DNA from: Eledone cirrhosa
Lineage: Eukaryota
Direction of reading: 5' to 3'
NCBI GenBank assembly: GCA_964016885.1
Contig: OZ024742.1
Span: 66,712,001-66,776,000 of the forward strand
Length of the DNA stretch: 64,000 bases
Part shown: in pieces, positions 1 through 13,732 of the stretch
Position numbering within the stretch: the first letter of the stretch is position 1
How the letters are laid out: each line of letters opens with the position of its first letter
Position numbers and translations under genes: made by a program
Notes under the pieces: generated by a model
Seen by the model: only the letters and a program-made list of their open reading frames with translations
What the model was told of the DNA's origin: nothing
Databases searched by the model: none

Positions 1-491
1 TATGTGAGTTTATTGTTTTCTACTAGGAGTCTTGTCTATGCTAGGGCAAAAACAGCTCATATATGTTGATTATTATCTAGAAGGCACACTACATGTGTTG
101 TGAAAGTATATAGCGCATGTGATGTGTAGTAGTCTATAATGGGTATTTACTATATGCGTAGTGAACTGTACAGCTTCAATCCCACATTATTTAGTACGTA
201 GTATACAATGTGCCTCATATGTGCAGTGTACTGCATATGTTTATCATCTTAGTCTAATTTTCTATTACAATCGCATCCATATGCATTTCATTCATTTTTA
301 TTTAGTATTCTTTATCTTCAGAAATGTTGGCGACAATATTCTACTCATATTAATGTTGATCTGAAATTCTTACAGCAAAAAAGAGAATTATATGTACATA
401 TGTCCCCAGTGTTCTATACAATATCAAGTTATTGAAGTGACAAGCCCGCACACGCACACACACGCACACACGTGCGCGCATACACACACAT

Positions 492-538
<47 letters not shown>

Positions 539-745
539 TTTGTAAAATGTAAGGAAAACATCTGCCTCACTTTTCTTATAAGATCACCAGATAGTGTTTA
601 TGAGATGCAAATATATGTAAGGAAACCTATACAAGCTAACATACGTATAGTTACAATGATATGGACAAAGTCCAACATAAGAGACTAAGGAAATTTGAGT
701 ATTATTTCCCATGAGAAGGAAATAAATCATTGATAAATATAACAT

Positions 746-932
746 AATTGTTTCTACTTTTGGCACAAGGCCAGAAATTATTCCAGTACATTACTGGTAC
801 TTTATTTTATCGGCCCCTTAAGGATGAAAGACAAAGTTGACCTCGGCGGGATTTGAACTCAGACCATAAAGGGCCGTAACTCATTGCTGTAATGCATGAT
901 GTTAGACCCTCTACCGATACTGCCAATCCACC
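746..932 (-). mobile_element. tRNA-derived SINE (family A), near full length
   Basis: Reverse complement of GGTGGATTGGCAGTATCGGTAGAG..GTTCAAATCCCGCCGAGG..GATAAAATAAAGTACCAGT..CTTGTGCCAAAAGTAGAAACAATT; A/B-box-like head; about 15 copies in the window. Confidence 0.9.
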
Positions 933-2059
933 AATAAGCTGATATATTATAAGGACTCTACTATTTCGGATTCTATGACACAGAACGCCATATAAATAGA
1001 TATAGTTTGGTTGTTCTTGTTGATTACGCTATTGTTTAACCACAGGCGAAAATCTATTCAGCAGGGGTTTGAAGAGAAGCTCTCGCATATATACTCAATT
1101 TGCTCTAGGTGTATCTTGAACACGATCACTGTATGTGATTCTATTTTAAGCCGTTAATTAATGACTTTAGATGAATTTTGCTGTTGTGATAACTAGTACG
1201 GTTTATAACTCGACGGGGAATCATTATTTTTGTGCCATTAATAATATCCCATCAATATCTAGGGAAAAATTGAGTTTTAATGGACAAGTCCTCTAAATAG
1301 TGTGCCAGCTATAACATTATTTATTTCAGTTGATACTCCAACAATTGATGGGTTCTTGTATCTCAGCAAGCGTGTATACATTTAACGTAATAAGCTGGAA
1401 TTGTTAGGAGACAGATGCCACCGGAAATTCAGGAAAGCAATATAAATTAATATCACAATCTTCCAAACGTGTTGGAACAAGTGAGAAATTCAAAACTTCG
1501 GTGAAATCCAGTACATTTTATCTACAACCTCATTATCATTTCATTTAGTATCAATACTGAAGATAAATTAACTTGCAAAATGCGAAGAATGTATATAACG
1601 TGTTAACAAAGGTTGTTGTTGGCTCTACACAGTCATTCAATATGATAGAAATAAAAGTCAAATATCCCTTAAGTGGATTAATATGTTCTTCAAAATACTA
1701 AATGCTACAATGTAACACATAGCATAAACAGCAGGATCACCATGGTAAAACTTCCTTCATTCATATGACTAATCTAATCATACATGGTGCTATCGTAAAC
1801 AATAAAAAGTTCAACAAGAACAAATTTTACTTTCAAATTTAATCTAAATGCAGAGATTACGAGGCAATCTCTTAAATCTCACTCTAAAGTCTTTAAAATG
1901 AGAATATATAAGATGTCCACGCTAGTGTAGATGGTTGGAACACTTTTGAACGATGTCCTTCCAGATCAGAAAATTTTAGATCACAGAGAGAGGTAATAAA
2001 GTAAATAGATCTTGATTATGTATATATATATATATATATATATATGCGATATCGTATTT

Positions 2060-2145
2060 TTGCTCCAATTATTTGTTAAGTGCTTTATATCAGTTATAAA
2101 AATATTTGCTTGTTGTATCCCAACAATTTAAATAGAACTTTTACA
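2060..2145 (+). mobile_element. 3' tail fragment of the HHR-bearing PLE-like family (related to 26615-26810 and 59858-60107)
   Basis: GCTCCAATTATTTGTTAAGTGCTTTATATCAGTTATAAAAATATTTGCTTGTTGTATCCCAACAATTT matches the reverse complement of 59860-59940; lies between (TA)n runs. Confidence 0.65.
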
Positions 2146-2349
2146 TATATATATATATGTATATAGACCAACATTAAATAAGGTTTAATATACATTATGT
2201 CAACACCACAATATGACATACACACACACACATAACACCTTCTACTTTAGAAAATAAAAACCCGAACTAAATAAACCTTAACATACGTTTGCACTGGCAA
2301 TACAACAGCAAACACGAAAAAGTAAGGAAAATATGTTCATTCAAAAATA

Positions 2350-2661
2350 TTCCTACTAAAGGAATCACTTTCCTACACACACATACACACACACACACAA
2401 TATATATATATATTCTCTTCATCTTAACATGCTAACCATACTCCCACACACATAACACCCATACACACACATAACAACCCCACACCTACAACTCCCTCCC
2501 CATTTCTACTAATAGAACCACTTTCCTACACACATGTATATATACACACACACAAAATATATATTCTCTCCATCTTAACATACTCGCACACACACATAAC
2601 ACCCATATACAAACACACACACAACTCCCTCCCCCATCTCTACTAATAGAATCATCTTCCA

Positions 2662-2698
<37 letters not shown>

Positions 2699-2740
2699 TA
2701 CACATACACACACACAAGCACACACATAAACATACATATC
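2350..2740. repeat. Degenerate CA-rich minisatellite, period about 150 bp
   Basis: Recurring CACTTTCCTACACAC, ATATATTCTCTYCATCTTAACAT and ACAACTCCCTCCCC blocks. Confidence 0.6.
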
Positions 2741-3392
2741 TTCACTTCAATAGAAAATCTGAACTCTGACACCTCGGCGAGCTGGCCATATTCACTGAAC
2801 CAGAACATTTCTTCCAATCCCTTTTCTCTTGACCACTATCTCTCCATTGTCATAACATTCACTATAAAGACTACAGAATAGTTTTCCAAATAAGGGCGCA
2901 AAAATGTAATGAAAACTTGTTCACGTGACAGCCAAATTTCATTTATAACCAACCAAAAAAAGCCTTCGTGAGCCTCCTTTTTTCAAGTAAAATGAAATTC
3001 AAACACTCATATGTGAAAAAACAACCTGTGACAACCCCCCCCTCTCTTATTTGAAGAACTATTGTAACGCGAACTGGCGCGAAATTTATTATAATTATTG
3101 ACAAACCAATCAAATTACTTCTCGAAAAACCTGGCATTTCGAGCCACTTTTTCCATATAAAACAAGTAACATTCAGAGACCAACTAGATGTGAGAAAAAC
3201 CACAGACCCTCCATCTCAACTCACCTTTTGAAAAGCAGAAGAACTGCGAAACCGGTAAAGGAACCAAATAAATATATATATATTTTTTAAAAATAAGACT
3301 CCAGTTGCATTTTCGATTTCATCTCTTTTTCTTTATACTTTCACTCGTGTAGGACACCTCGGTTATTTTTCATTTTGTAAAAGAAACCTCAC

Positions 3393-3434
<42 letters not shown>

Positions 3435-3439
<5 letters not shown>

Positions 3440-3648
3440 GAAGGAAATGTGGTAAGGAACCAGATGGACCATAACGCACCAAAGTACTCAATACTTAGCG
3501 TAGTAGAGTGGGTAATAGGAACGAGTAGGACTCCGACGGCTGAGCTCAAGCCGTTTCGACGGCTAATTCTGGACTCAGAATTAGCCGTCGAGTCCAGAAT
3601 TAGCCGTCGAAACGGCTTGAGCTCAGCCGTCGGGGTCCTACTCGTTCC

Positions 3649-3651
<3 letters not shown>
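3435..3651 (-). mobile_element. Non-autonomous PLE-like end with half-hammerhead and 62-bp fold-back inverted repeat
   Basis: Arms 3515-3576 and 3590-3651; stem II-GAAA-CGGCT(tgagctc)AGCCG-TC motif; flanked by (TA)n on both sides; homologous to 38144-38340 and 36440-36530. Confidence 0.75.
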
Positions 3652-3684
<33 letters not shown>

Positions 3685-4201
3685 AATACTGCAGGTAGCG
3701 CATGGATAACATGTAATAAAATGAGTACCTCATCAGTGATTTGCCGAAGATCATAGATATTTCATTGCATTAAAAATCATATACCTCACGTCGGTGCAAT
3801 AATATTGCTATAAAATGGATGATCGCATTTAAAGTCCGTTAACGGTTCTTGGCACTACCATTGTTACCATTGCTTTCCTCTAGCCATTGTTCCTGAAGAC
3901 ATGAACCGAATGCTACCATTTATTTTATATCAATGTGAACTGCTATTTCTAATGGCCATCTTTTCAGCCCTTGATAATTTGTGTGTGAGACACGTTGACT
4001 GAGGGCTTCTGACAGGAACGAAAAGATTGATTCTTTATAGCTTCCCGTCCCCACGTAAAATTTGTAAATCAGTGGCTAGTTGAGAGATAAAGTCCTATCG
4101 GGTGCCAGTTGCTAATAGCTTTACCGTGTCAGTCGTCACAGTCATGGCCGGTATAGACTGGTCTTAGGATTCTGTCGATCGATTGGTTATTGATTAGGCG
4201 A

Positions 4202-4315
4202 TACCCGCTGATGAAGCCACATGAGCCGATTGTGCATTGTTGCATAATATATGCAGACAGATGGGGCAGTGCCCCTTACTGCTGCATTAGTGCGGCAGAA
4301 ACTGGAGTCCGGGTA
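4202..4315 (+). ncRNA. Type I hammerhead ribozyme with extended stem II
   Basis: Stem I TACCCG/CGGGTA, CTGATGA 4208-4214, GAAA 4298-4301, minimal stem III, GTC triplet 4307-4309. Confidence 0.75.
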
Positions 4316-4458
4316 CCATTATAGGCACCCGTTTTACGTGTGTTGTGTTGAAGCAAATAACTTTGTGTATACTCTGGGAATGTATCTTACATTGCCCATG
4401 GAGTGCGCTGAGATACAACCGGTACTGGCATTGATAAATATGGTGGGTCCGTCAACCC

Positions 4459-4511
<53 letters not shown>

Positions 4512-4513
<2 letters not shown>

Positions 4514-4627
4514 GGGTTCAAATCCCGACGGGGTTATCTTTGCCTTTCATCCTTACGGGGTCGATAAAATAAAGTACCAGTAATGTACTAGGTAATTGCT
4601 GGCCTTGAGCCAAAAGTAGAAACAATT
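4512..4627 (+). mobile_element. SINE family A, 5'-truncated
   Basis: GGTTCAAATCCCG..GGGTCGATAAAATAAAGTACCAGT..AGTAGAAACAATT. Confidence 0.85.
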
Positions 4628-4628
4628 T

Positions 4629-4668
<40 letters not shown>

Positions 4669-4741
4669 CGTGAGAAATTATAGCGGAATTGGCAAATATT
4701 AATGTTTGGTAAGTAGAGAAAAGCTCAATTTGAGGTAGGTA

Positions 4742-5232
4742 GGTAGAGAGGCTGACAGTATATTTCTCGCTGTTTGGCGTTTTTCAAAGCCACGCACTCC
4801 CCTGCCTTTGCCGAACATTATAGAAGCTGGATTCTTATAGGATTCCAGTAATAATCAGGAGCTGATAACACAGAGCGATTTTCGGTCCCGCAAAAATTAG
4901 GTATTAGTGTTGGTGCTCTGAAATAGCGATGTATGCATGTATAGTGTATTTGGCAATATACCGTATGTTTACTTAATAACATTAGAAGACCATTCGCTAT
5001 CAGTTTTAAAGTAGTGACTATCTCACTTTCTTAATTTCGCCAATGGTAGGGAGAGAGGCTGACAGTCTGTTTTTTTTTATTTTGCTGGACCGACAATCGC
5101 TCTGTGTAAGCAGCTCCTGATTATTACTGGAATTCTATAAGAATTCAGCTTCTATAAGTTTCGGCAAAGGCAGGGAGTGCATGGTTTTGATAAACGCCAA
5201 ATAGCGAGAAACAGACTGTCAGCCTCTTTCCT
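4742..5232. mobile_element. MITE/foldback element with about 140-bp imperfect terminal inverted repeats
   Basis: 4742-4882 (AGAGGCTGACAGT..CCCTGCCTTTGCCGAA..CAGGAGCTG..ACACAGAGCGATT) is the reverse complement of about 5093-5232; a partial third TIR start sits near 5050. Confidence 0.8.
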
Positions 5233-5563
5233 GACATTCAAGGTAGCTATACACTTCCGATTAAAGATGCCACATTTCTATGATTCATATGACAGATATG
5301 GTATAACATACTCGATAATAATTATCTGTAGTTTATTACTGTTTTCATTGTCATCTGTATGGAAAATGCTCTCGTACATCTCTTTTGTATTCTTTCACTA
5401 ATTGTCAACTACTCAGCAATGGCGATGCTCTTTTCCTTAAACTAATGTTTTCGCCGTATATTATATAATCACGCTTCATTCTTTCTCACTTCCATTTTGT
5501 GAGAATATTTTAAAGAGAAATTATTAGAAATTGGATACGTCACTCTGGTCCGTTATACAGCAG

Positions 5564-5663
5564 AGAAGAAGAAGAAGAAGAAGAAGAAGAAGAAGAAGAA
5601 GAAGAAGAAGAAGAAGAAGAAGAAGAAGAAGAAGAAGAAGAAGAAGAAGAAGAAGAAGAAGAA
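5564..5663 (+). repeat. (GAA)n microsatellite
   Basis: About 100 bp pure GAA run. Confidence 0.98.
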
Positions 5664-6422
5664 GGAGGAGGTGCGAAAAGAAATAAGCGGGAGAATACAA
5701 AGAATAGGGCAACAGTATCAACGACATAAATAATAATAATGATAAATATTTTTTTTTTCTCTAGTGTAGTGTAGATTAGAGAGCTGTGTTATTAGGTGAA
5801 CTTTCAAGGTGGCTATACACTTCCGATCAAAGATGCCACATTTCTATGATTCATGTGACAGACATGGTATAACATACTCCATAATAATTATCTGACATCG
5901 ATCTGAAAGCAAAGAGAAAAACAAAAACAGGAAACATTTTACTACTTCTTTTTTTCATTCCCAATTTTATTTTTTTATATGTAACTTTCCATAATTGTGT
6001 TTGCTAGAATAACTCTGAATTCGTTAGAAAAGACATACATATTAATGTTTATTATTTCTTCAGACATATTTCTAACGTGTTTTTCTGCTCTTGTGTAAAT
6101 TCTGAAAAATATAATTCTCGTTCAGTATGTATAGGGATTGCAAGATGATATATTACAAATATGTAAGCACATACACACAAACATAGCCCCCCCCCCCACA
6201 CACACACACTGACACAGAAGCGCGCACACACTCACAATCACCCACAGACATGTAAATATATATATGTATAATAAAATATAACGGTTACACATACGTTTTC
6301 AACATTTTGGTTGCTCCAATCCGTCGGTAGTATCACCAAAAAGGTGAAACTTATAATAACGGTAATCCTTATCATTATATTTTCCAAATTATTGCAGAGC
6401 AATTATTGCTTACCCTATATAT

Positions 6423-6590
6423 AATTGTTTCTACTTTTTGGCACAAGGCCAGCAATTATCCCAGTGTATTACTGGTACTTTATTTTATCGACCCCGTAAG
6501 AATGAAAGGCAAAGTTAACCTCGGCGGGATTTGAACTCAGTCCGTAAAGGGAAGTAACTCTTTCCTGCAAAGCATGGCGTCCAACCCTTA
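6423..6590 (-). mobile_element. SINE family A
   Basis: Same consensus, reverse strand. Confidence 0.88.
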
Positions 6591-6918
6591 CCCCATATAT
6601 AATATATGATGGACAACTTCAACAAACCTATATGTCATGGCAATGTAGATAAGGAGTTTATTTCGGAACCACGCAATTGTGGTTTGGGTCCCATTGGGCA
6701 TATATTGCTTACTATAATATAGAATTTACCTTGCTGTTGGAACTTGGTACATGAAACTTCAGAAATCCGTCAGAGACATACATATACACAAAAAAACAAA
6801 CCACACATGCACATAAATACAAAAGCATATAATTTTGCATCCCTGTGTTTCTTTTGATTTATTTGTTAAATTATATAAATATATACACACGCAAGCATAT
6901 ATATATATATGTATATAT

Positions 6919-7097
6919 AATTGTTTCTACTTTAGGCACAAGGCCAGCAATTAACCAGTACATTACTGGTACTTTATTTTATCGACCCCGTAAGGATGAA
7001 AGGCAAAGTTAATCTCGGCGGGATTTGAACTTAGACTGTAAAGGGACGTAACTATGCTAGAAAACATGGCGTCCAACCCTCTACCGATACTGCCAAT
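6919..7097 (-). mobile_element. SINE family A
   Basis: Same consensus, reverse strand. Confidence 0.9.
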
Positions 7098-7737
7098 AAT
7101 GTACGTATGTATGTATACGTACATACATATATGTATAAAGAAGTACAGTACTATGTATATATATACATACATGCACACATATGTATATGTACGTATCGGT
7201 TTACTGAACATTTATTATAATGTTCGGTATGTTTTTAAACAAACAGCCCGAATTACGCCGTACAGTGTTTAGCAAACACGTCATCTTTTTGTTCAACATT
7301 GACACAGGAACGATGTACTAGTTTCAAGCTTATTAGCTATCGTCAGCATCGTATACTTTCCTGCCAGATGTTTGAGCGTCTGAAAGTATATACTTTCCTT
7401 ATGCATATTAACGGCTGAGCAGCCTAATTTGCATATCGAGTGAGTTTAGTCGCCCGGGCGCATCGAAAACGATAAATGGAAAAGAATGAAACGAAATTTC
7501 ATTTCTAACTCTGAGTACGGCAGTTACTTAAATGTAAGTATGTATGTATACGTACATACATATATATATATACAGACGTACAATAGTATGTATATATATA
7601 CATACATGCACACATATATATATGTACGTATCGGTTTACCGAACATTTATTATAATGTTCGGTTTGTTTATAGTAATGATATACTGATCTTTCCTGTTTA
7701 TAATTATATATAGTGTATATATAAGTATAAATAATAA

Positions 7738-7812
<75 letters not shown>

Positions 7813-7820
<8 letters not shown>

Positions 7821-10800
7821 GATCGAGTATCGAAAAATCGGCGCACGAGTTCACGAAAAACGAAATTCGATATGAGCGGCAGAGGGCTCAATAATTCAGA
7901 TGAATCAGAGCTATAACTATCGTTAAAATACCGTCACATATAGAACAAGTCTACAATCAACCATACGATTTAAAATCGATAAAGGAAGATTCGGGCCAAA
8001 CAGATAAAAAATATCAATAAAACAATACGTCAATAATTTAAATGAATGTAAAATCATACCCGGACCCACTAGAAAGGTGTTAAATCTAGCTTCATGGGTT
8101 TCTGTAAATCCTTAGACAGTACTCTATCAGCTCACATATAAATATAAAAGCCTACTAGAATAAGTGGAACGGAGTTTACGTTGTCAACGAGTTTTATCCT
8201 GGCGGCAAAGGAGTCAACTAGCGGTGAAAAACGCACATGGCATTAGACAAGGGAGATGACCCCTATATCCGCGAAAATAATTCGAGTGAATGTGGAAATA
8301 CACATATCGAATTAGAGTGCTCAATAGACATGTTAAAATAAAACAAAAGCTATTCATCACTCAATAGAATCGACAAAAAATGAGCAATAAAATTAACTGG
8401 TGGATAGCTATGTCCAGAGCTAAATATATTAGAAAGATCGAGTATCGAAAAATCGGCGCACGAGTTCACGAAAAACGAAATTCGATATGAGCGGCAGAGG
8501 GCTCAATAATTCAGATGAATCAGAGCTATAACTATCGTTAAAATACCGTCACATATAGAACAAGTCTACAATCAACCATACGATTTAAAATCGATAAAGG
8601 AAGATTCGGGCCAAACAGATAAAAAATATCAATAAAACAATACGTCAATAATTTAAATGAATGTAAAATCATACCCGGACCCACTAGAAAGGTGTTAAAT
8701 CTAGCTTCATGGGTTTCTGTAAATCCTTAGACAGTACTCTATCAGCTCACATATAAATATAAAAGCCTACTAGAATAAGTGGAACGGAGTTTACGTTGTC
8801 AACGAGTTTTATCCTGGCGGCAAAGGAGTCAACTAGCGGTGAAAAACGCACATGGCATTAGACAAGGGAGATGACCCCTATATCCGCGAAAATAATTCGA
8901 GTGAATGTGGAAATACACATATCGAATTAGAGTGCTCAATAGACATGTTAAAATAAAACAAAAGCTATTCATCACTCAATAGAATCGACAAAAAATGAGC
9001 AATAAAATTAACTGGTGGATAGCTATGTCCAGAGCTAAATATATTAGAAAGATCGAGTATCGAAAAATCGGCGCACGAGTTCACGAAAAACGAAATTCGA
9101 TATGAGCGGCAGAGGGCTCAATAATTCAGATGAATCAGAGCTATAACTATCGTTAAAATACCGTCACATATAGAACAAGTCTACAATCAACCATACGATT
9201 TAAAATCGATAAAGGAAGATTCGGGCCAAACAGATAAAAAATATCAATAAAACAATACGTCAATAATTTAAATGAATGTAAAATCATACCCGGACCCACT
9301 AGAAAGGTGTTAAATCTAGCTTCATGGGTTTCTGTAAATCCTTAGACAGTACTCTATCAGCTCACATATAAATATAAAAGCCTACTAGAATAAGTGGAAC
9401 GGAGTTTACGTTGTCAACGAGTTTTATCCTGGCGGCAAAGGAGTCAACTAGCGGTGAAAAACGCACATGGCATTAGACAAGGGAGATGACCCCTATATCC
9501 GCGAAAATAATTCGAGTGAATGTGGAAATACACATATCGAATTAGAGTGCTCAATAGACATGTTAAAATAAAACAAAAGCTATTCATCACTCAATAGAAT
9601 CGACAAAAAATGAGCAATAAAATTAACTGGTGGATAGCTATGTCCAGAGCTAAATATATTAGAAAGATCGAGTATCGAAAAATCGGCGCACGAGTTCACG
9701 AAAAACGAAATTCGATATGAGCGGCAGAGGGCTCAATAATTCAGATGAATCAGAGCTATAACTATCGTTAAAATACCGTCACATATAGAACAAGTCTACA
9801 ATCAACCATACGATTTAAAATCGATAAAGGAAGATTCGGGCCAAACAGATAAAAAATATCAATAAAACAATACGTCAATAATTTAAATGAATGTAAAATC
9901 ATACCCGGACCCACTAGAAAGGTGTTAAATCTAGCTTCATGGGTTTCTGTAAATCCTTAGACAGTACTCTATCAGCTCACATATAAATATAAAAGCCTAC
10001 TAGAATAAGTGGAACGGAGTTTACGTTGTCAACGAGTTTTATCCTGGCGGCAAAGGAGTCAACTAGCGGTGAAAAACGCACATGGCATTAGACAAGGGAG
10101 ATGACCCCTATATCCGCGAAAATAATTCGAGTGAATGTGGAAATACACATATCGAATTAGAGTGCTCAATAGACATGTTAAAATAAAACAAAAACTATTC
10201 ATCACTCAATAGAATCGACAAAAAATGAGCAATAAAATTAACTGGTGGATAGCTATGTCCAGAGCTAAATATATTAGAAAGATCGAGTATCGAAAAATCG
10301 GCGCACGAGTTCACGAAAAACGAAATTCGATATGAGCGGCAGAGGGCTCAATAATTCAGATGAATCAGAGCTATAACTATCGTTAAAATACCGTCACATA
10401 TAGAACAAGTCTACAATCAACCATACGATTTAAAATCGATAAAGGAAGATTCGGGCCAAACAGATAAAAAATATCAATAAAACAATACGTCAATAATTTA
10501 AATGAATGTAAAATCATACCCGGACCCACTAGAAAGGTGTTAAATCTAGCTTCATGGGTTTCTGTAAATCCTTAGACAGTACTCTATCAGCTCACATATA
10601 AATATAAAAGCCTACTAGAATAAGTGGAACGGAGTTTACGTTGTCAACGAGTTTTATCCTGGCGGCAAAGGAGTCAACTAGCGGTGAAAAACGCACATGG
10701 CATTAGACAAGGGAGATGACCCCTATATCCGCGAAAATAATTCGAGTGAATGTGGAAATACACATATCGAATTAGAGTGCTCAATAGACATGTTAAAATA

Positions 10801-13732
10801 AAACAAAAGCTATTCATCACTCAATAGAATCGACAAAAAATGAGCAATAAAATTAACTGGTGGATAGCTATGTCCAGAGCTAAATATATTAGAAAGATCG
10901 AGTATCGAAAAATCGGCGCACGAGTTCACGAAAAACGAAATTCGATATGAGCGGCAGAGGGCTCAATAATTCAGATGAATCAGAGCTATAACTATCGTTA
11001 AAATACCGTCACATATAGAACAAGTCTACAATCAACCATACGATTTAAAATCGATAAAGGAAGATTCGGGCCAAACAGATAAAAAATATCAATAAAACAA
11101 TACGTCAATAATTTAAATGAATGTAAAATCATACCCGGACCCACTAGAAAGGTGTTAAATCTAGCTTCATGGGTTTCTGTAAATCCTTAGACAGTACTCT
11201 ATCAGCTCACATATAAATATAAAAGCCTACTAGAATAAGTGGAACGGAGTTTACGTTGTCAACGAGTTTTATCCTGGCGGCAAAGGAGTCAACTAGCGGT
11301 GAAAAACGCACATGGCATTAGACAAGGGAGATGACCCCTATATCCGCGAAAATAATTCGAGTGAATGTGGAAATACACATATCGAATTAGAGTGCTCAAT
11401 AGACATGTTAAAATAAAACAAAAGCTATTCATCACTCAATAGAATCGACAAAAAATGAGCAATAAAATTAACTGGTGGATAGCTATGTCCAGAGCTAAAT
11501 ATATTAGAAAGATCGAGTATCGAAAAATCGGCGCACGAGTTCACGAAAAACGAAATTCGATATGAGCGGCAGAGGGCTCAATAATTCAGATGAATCAGAG
11601 CTATAACTATCGTTAAAATACCGTCACATATAGAACAAGTCTACAATCAACCATACGATTTAAAATCGATAAAGGAAGATTCGGGCCAAACAGATAAAAA
11701 ATATCAATAAAACAATACGTCAATAATTTAAATGAATGTAAAATCATACCCGGACCCACTAGAAAGGTGTTAAATCTAGCTTCATGGGTTTCTGTAAATC
11801 CTTAGACAGTACTCTATCAGCTCACATATAAATATAAAAGCCTACTAGAATAAGTGGAACGGAGTTTACGTTGTCAACGAGTTTTATCCTGGCGGCAAAG
11901 GAGTCAACTAGCGGTGAAAAACGCACATGGCATTAGACAAGGGAGATGACCCCTATATCCGCGAAAATAATTCGAGTGAATGTGGAAATACACATATCGA
12001 ATTAGAGTGCTCAATAGACATGTTAAAATAAAACAAAAGCTATTCATCACTCAATAGAATCGACAAAAAATGAGCAATAAAATTAACTGGTGGATAGCTA
12101 TGTCCAGAGCTAAATATATTAGAAAGATCGAGTATCGAAAAATCGGCGCACGAGTTCACGAAAAACGAAATTCGATATGAGCGGCAGAGGGCTCAATAAT
12201 TCAGATGAATCAGAGCTATAACTATCGTTAAAATACCGTCACATATAGAACAAGTCTACAATCAACCATACGATTTAAAATCGATAAAGGAAGATTCGGG
12301 CCAAACAGATAAAAAATATCAATAAAACAATACGTCAATAATTTAAATGAATGTAAAATCATACCCGGACCCACTAGAAAGGTGTTAAATCTAGCTTCAT
12401 GGGTTTCTGTAAATCCTTAGACAGTACTCTATCAGCTCACATATAAATATAAAAGCCTACTAGAATAAGTGGAACGGAGTTTACGTTGTCAACGAGTTTT
12501 ATCCTGGCGGCAAAGGAGTCAACTAGCGGTGAAAAACGCACATGGCATTAGACAAGGGAGATGACCCCTATATCCGCGAAAATAATTCGAGTGAATGTGG
12601 AAATACACATATCGAATTAGAGTGCTCAATAGACATGTTAAAATAAAACAAAAGCTATTCATCACTCAATAGAATCGACAAAAAATGAGCAATAAAATTA
12701 ACTGGTGGATAGCTATGTCCAGAGCTAAATATATTAGAAAGATCGAGTATCGAAAAATCGGCGCACGAGTTCACGAAAAACGAAATTCGATATGAGCGGC
12801 AGAGGGCTCAATAATTCAGATGAATCAGAGCTATAACTATCGTTAAAATACCGTCACATATAGAACAAGTCTACAATCAACCATACGATTTAAAATCGAT
12901 AAAGGAAGATTCGGGCCAAACAGATAAAAAATATCAATAAAACAATACGTCAATAATTTAAATGAATGTAAAATCATACCCGGACCCACTAGAAAGGTGT
13001 TAAATCTAGCTTCATGGGTTTCTGTAAATCCTTAGACAGTACTCTATCAGCTCACATATAAATATAAAAGCCTACTAGAATAAGTGGAACGGAGTTTACG
13101 TTGTCAACGAGTTTTATCCTGGCGGCAAAGGAGTCAACTAGCGGTGAAAAACGCACATGGCATTAGACAAGGGAGATGACCCCTATATCCGCGAAAATAA
13201 TTCGAGTGAATGTGGAAATACACATATCGAATTAGAGTGCTCAATAGACATGTTAAAATAAAACAAAAGCTATTCATCACTCAATAGAATCGACAAAAAA
13301 TGAGCAATAAAATTAACTGGTGGAAAGCTATGTCCAGAGCTAAATATATTAGAAAGATCGAGTATCGAAAAATCGGCGCACGAGTTCACGAAAAACGAAA
13401 TTCGATATGAGCGGCAGAGGGCTCAATAATTCAGATGAATCAGAGCTATAACTATCGTTAAAATACCGTCACATATAGAACAAGTCTACAATCAACCATA
13501 CGATTTAAAATCGATAAAGGAAGATTCGGGCCAAACAGATAAAAAATATCAATAAAACAATACGTCAATAATTTAAATGAATGTAAAATCATACCCGGAC
13601 CCACTAGAAAGGTGTTAAATCTAGCTTCATGGGTTTCTGTAAATCCTTAGACAGTACTCTATCAGCTCACATATAAATATAAAAGCCTACTAGAATAAGT
13701 GGAACGGAGTTTACGTTGTCAACGAGTTTTAT
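7813..13732. repeat. Tandem array of a 615-bp non-coding unit, 9 full copies plus about 0.6
   Basis: TAGAAAGATCGAGTATCG recurs at 7815, 8430, 9045, 9660, 10275, 10890, 11505, 12120, 12735 and 13350; only two substitutions noticed (10194, 13325); no ORF in the track. Confidence 0.98.

Noticed and set aside
2760-3090. Possible promoter or first exon (E-box CACGTG, E2F-like GGCGCGAAA, minus-strand ATGGCCAGC)
   Set aside because: Short motifs only; no supportable ORF or splice structure.
7861-7905. Possible permuted hammerhead in the 615-bp unit (GAAA-TTCGA-TA..CAGATGA)
   Set aside because: Core reads CAGATGA with a 6-nt spacer after the stem, and CATATGA in the homolog; not a canonical HHR.
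8211-8270. Resemblance to group II intron domain V/VI (GCGGTGAAAAACGCAC..AGGGAGATGACCCCTAT) in the 615-bp unit
   Set aside because: No AGC/CGC triad with a well-paired lower stem, and the upper stem is not conserved in the 60-kb homolog; an Infernal Intron_gpII search would settle it.
7813-8427. Unit length divisible by 3 (205 codons), suggesting a rolling ORF or stop-codon recoding
   Set aside because: TAA, TAG and TGA all occur in the frame read in full, there is no ORF in the track, and the translation is not protein-like.
7813-13732. CRISPR-like array
   Set aside because: Units are identical with no unique spacers; eukaryotic context.
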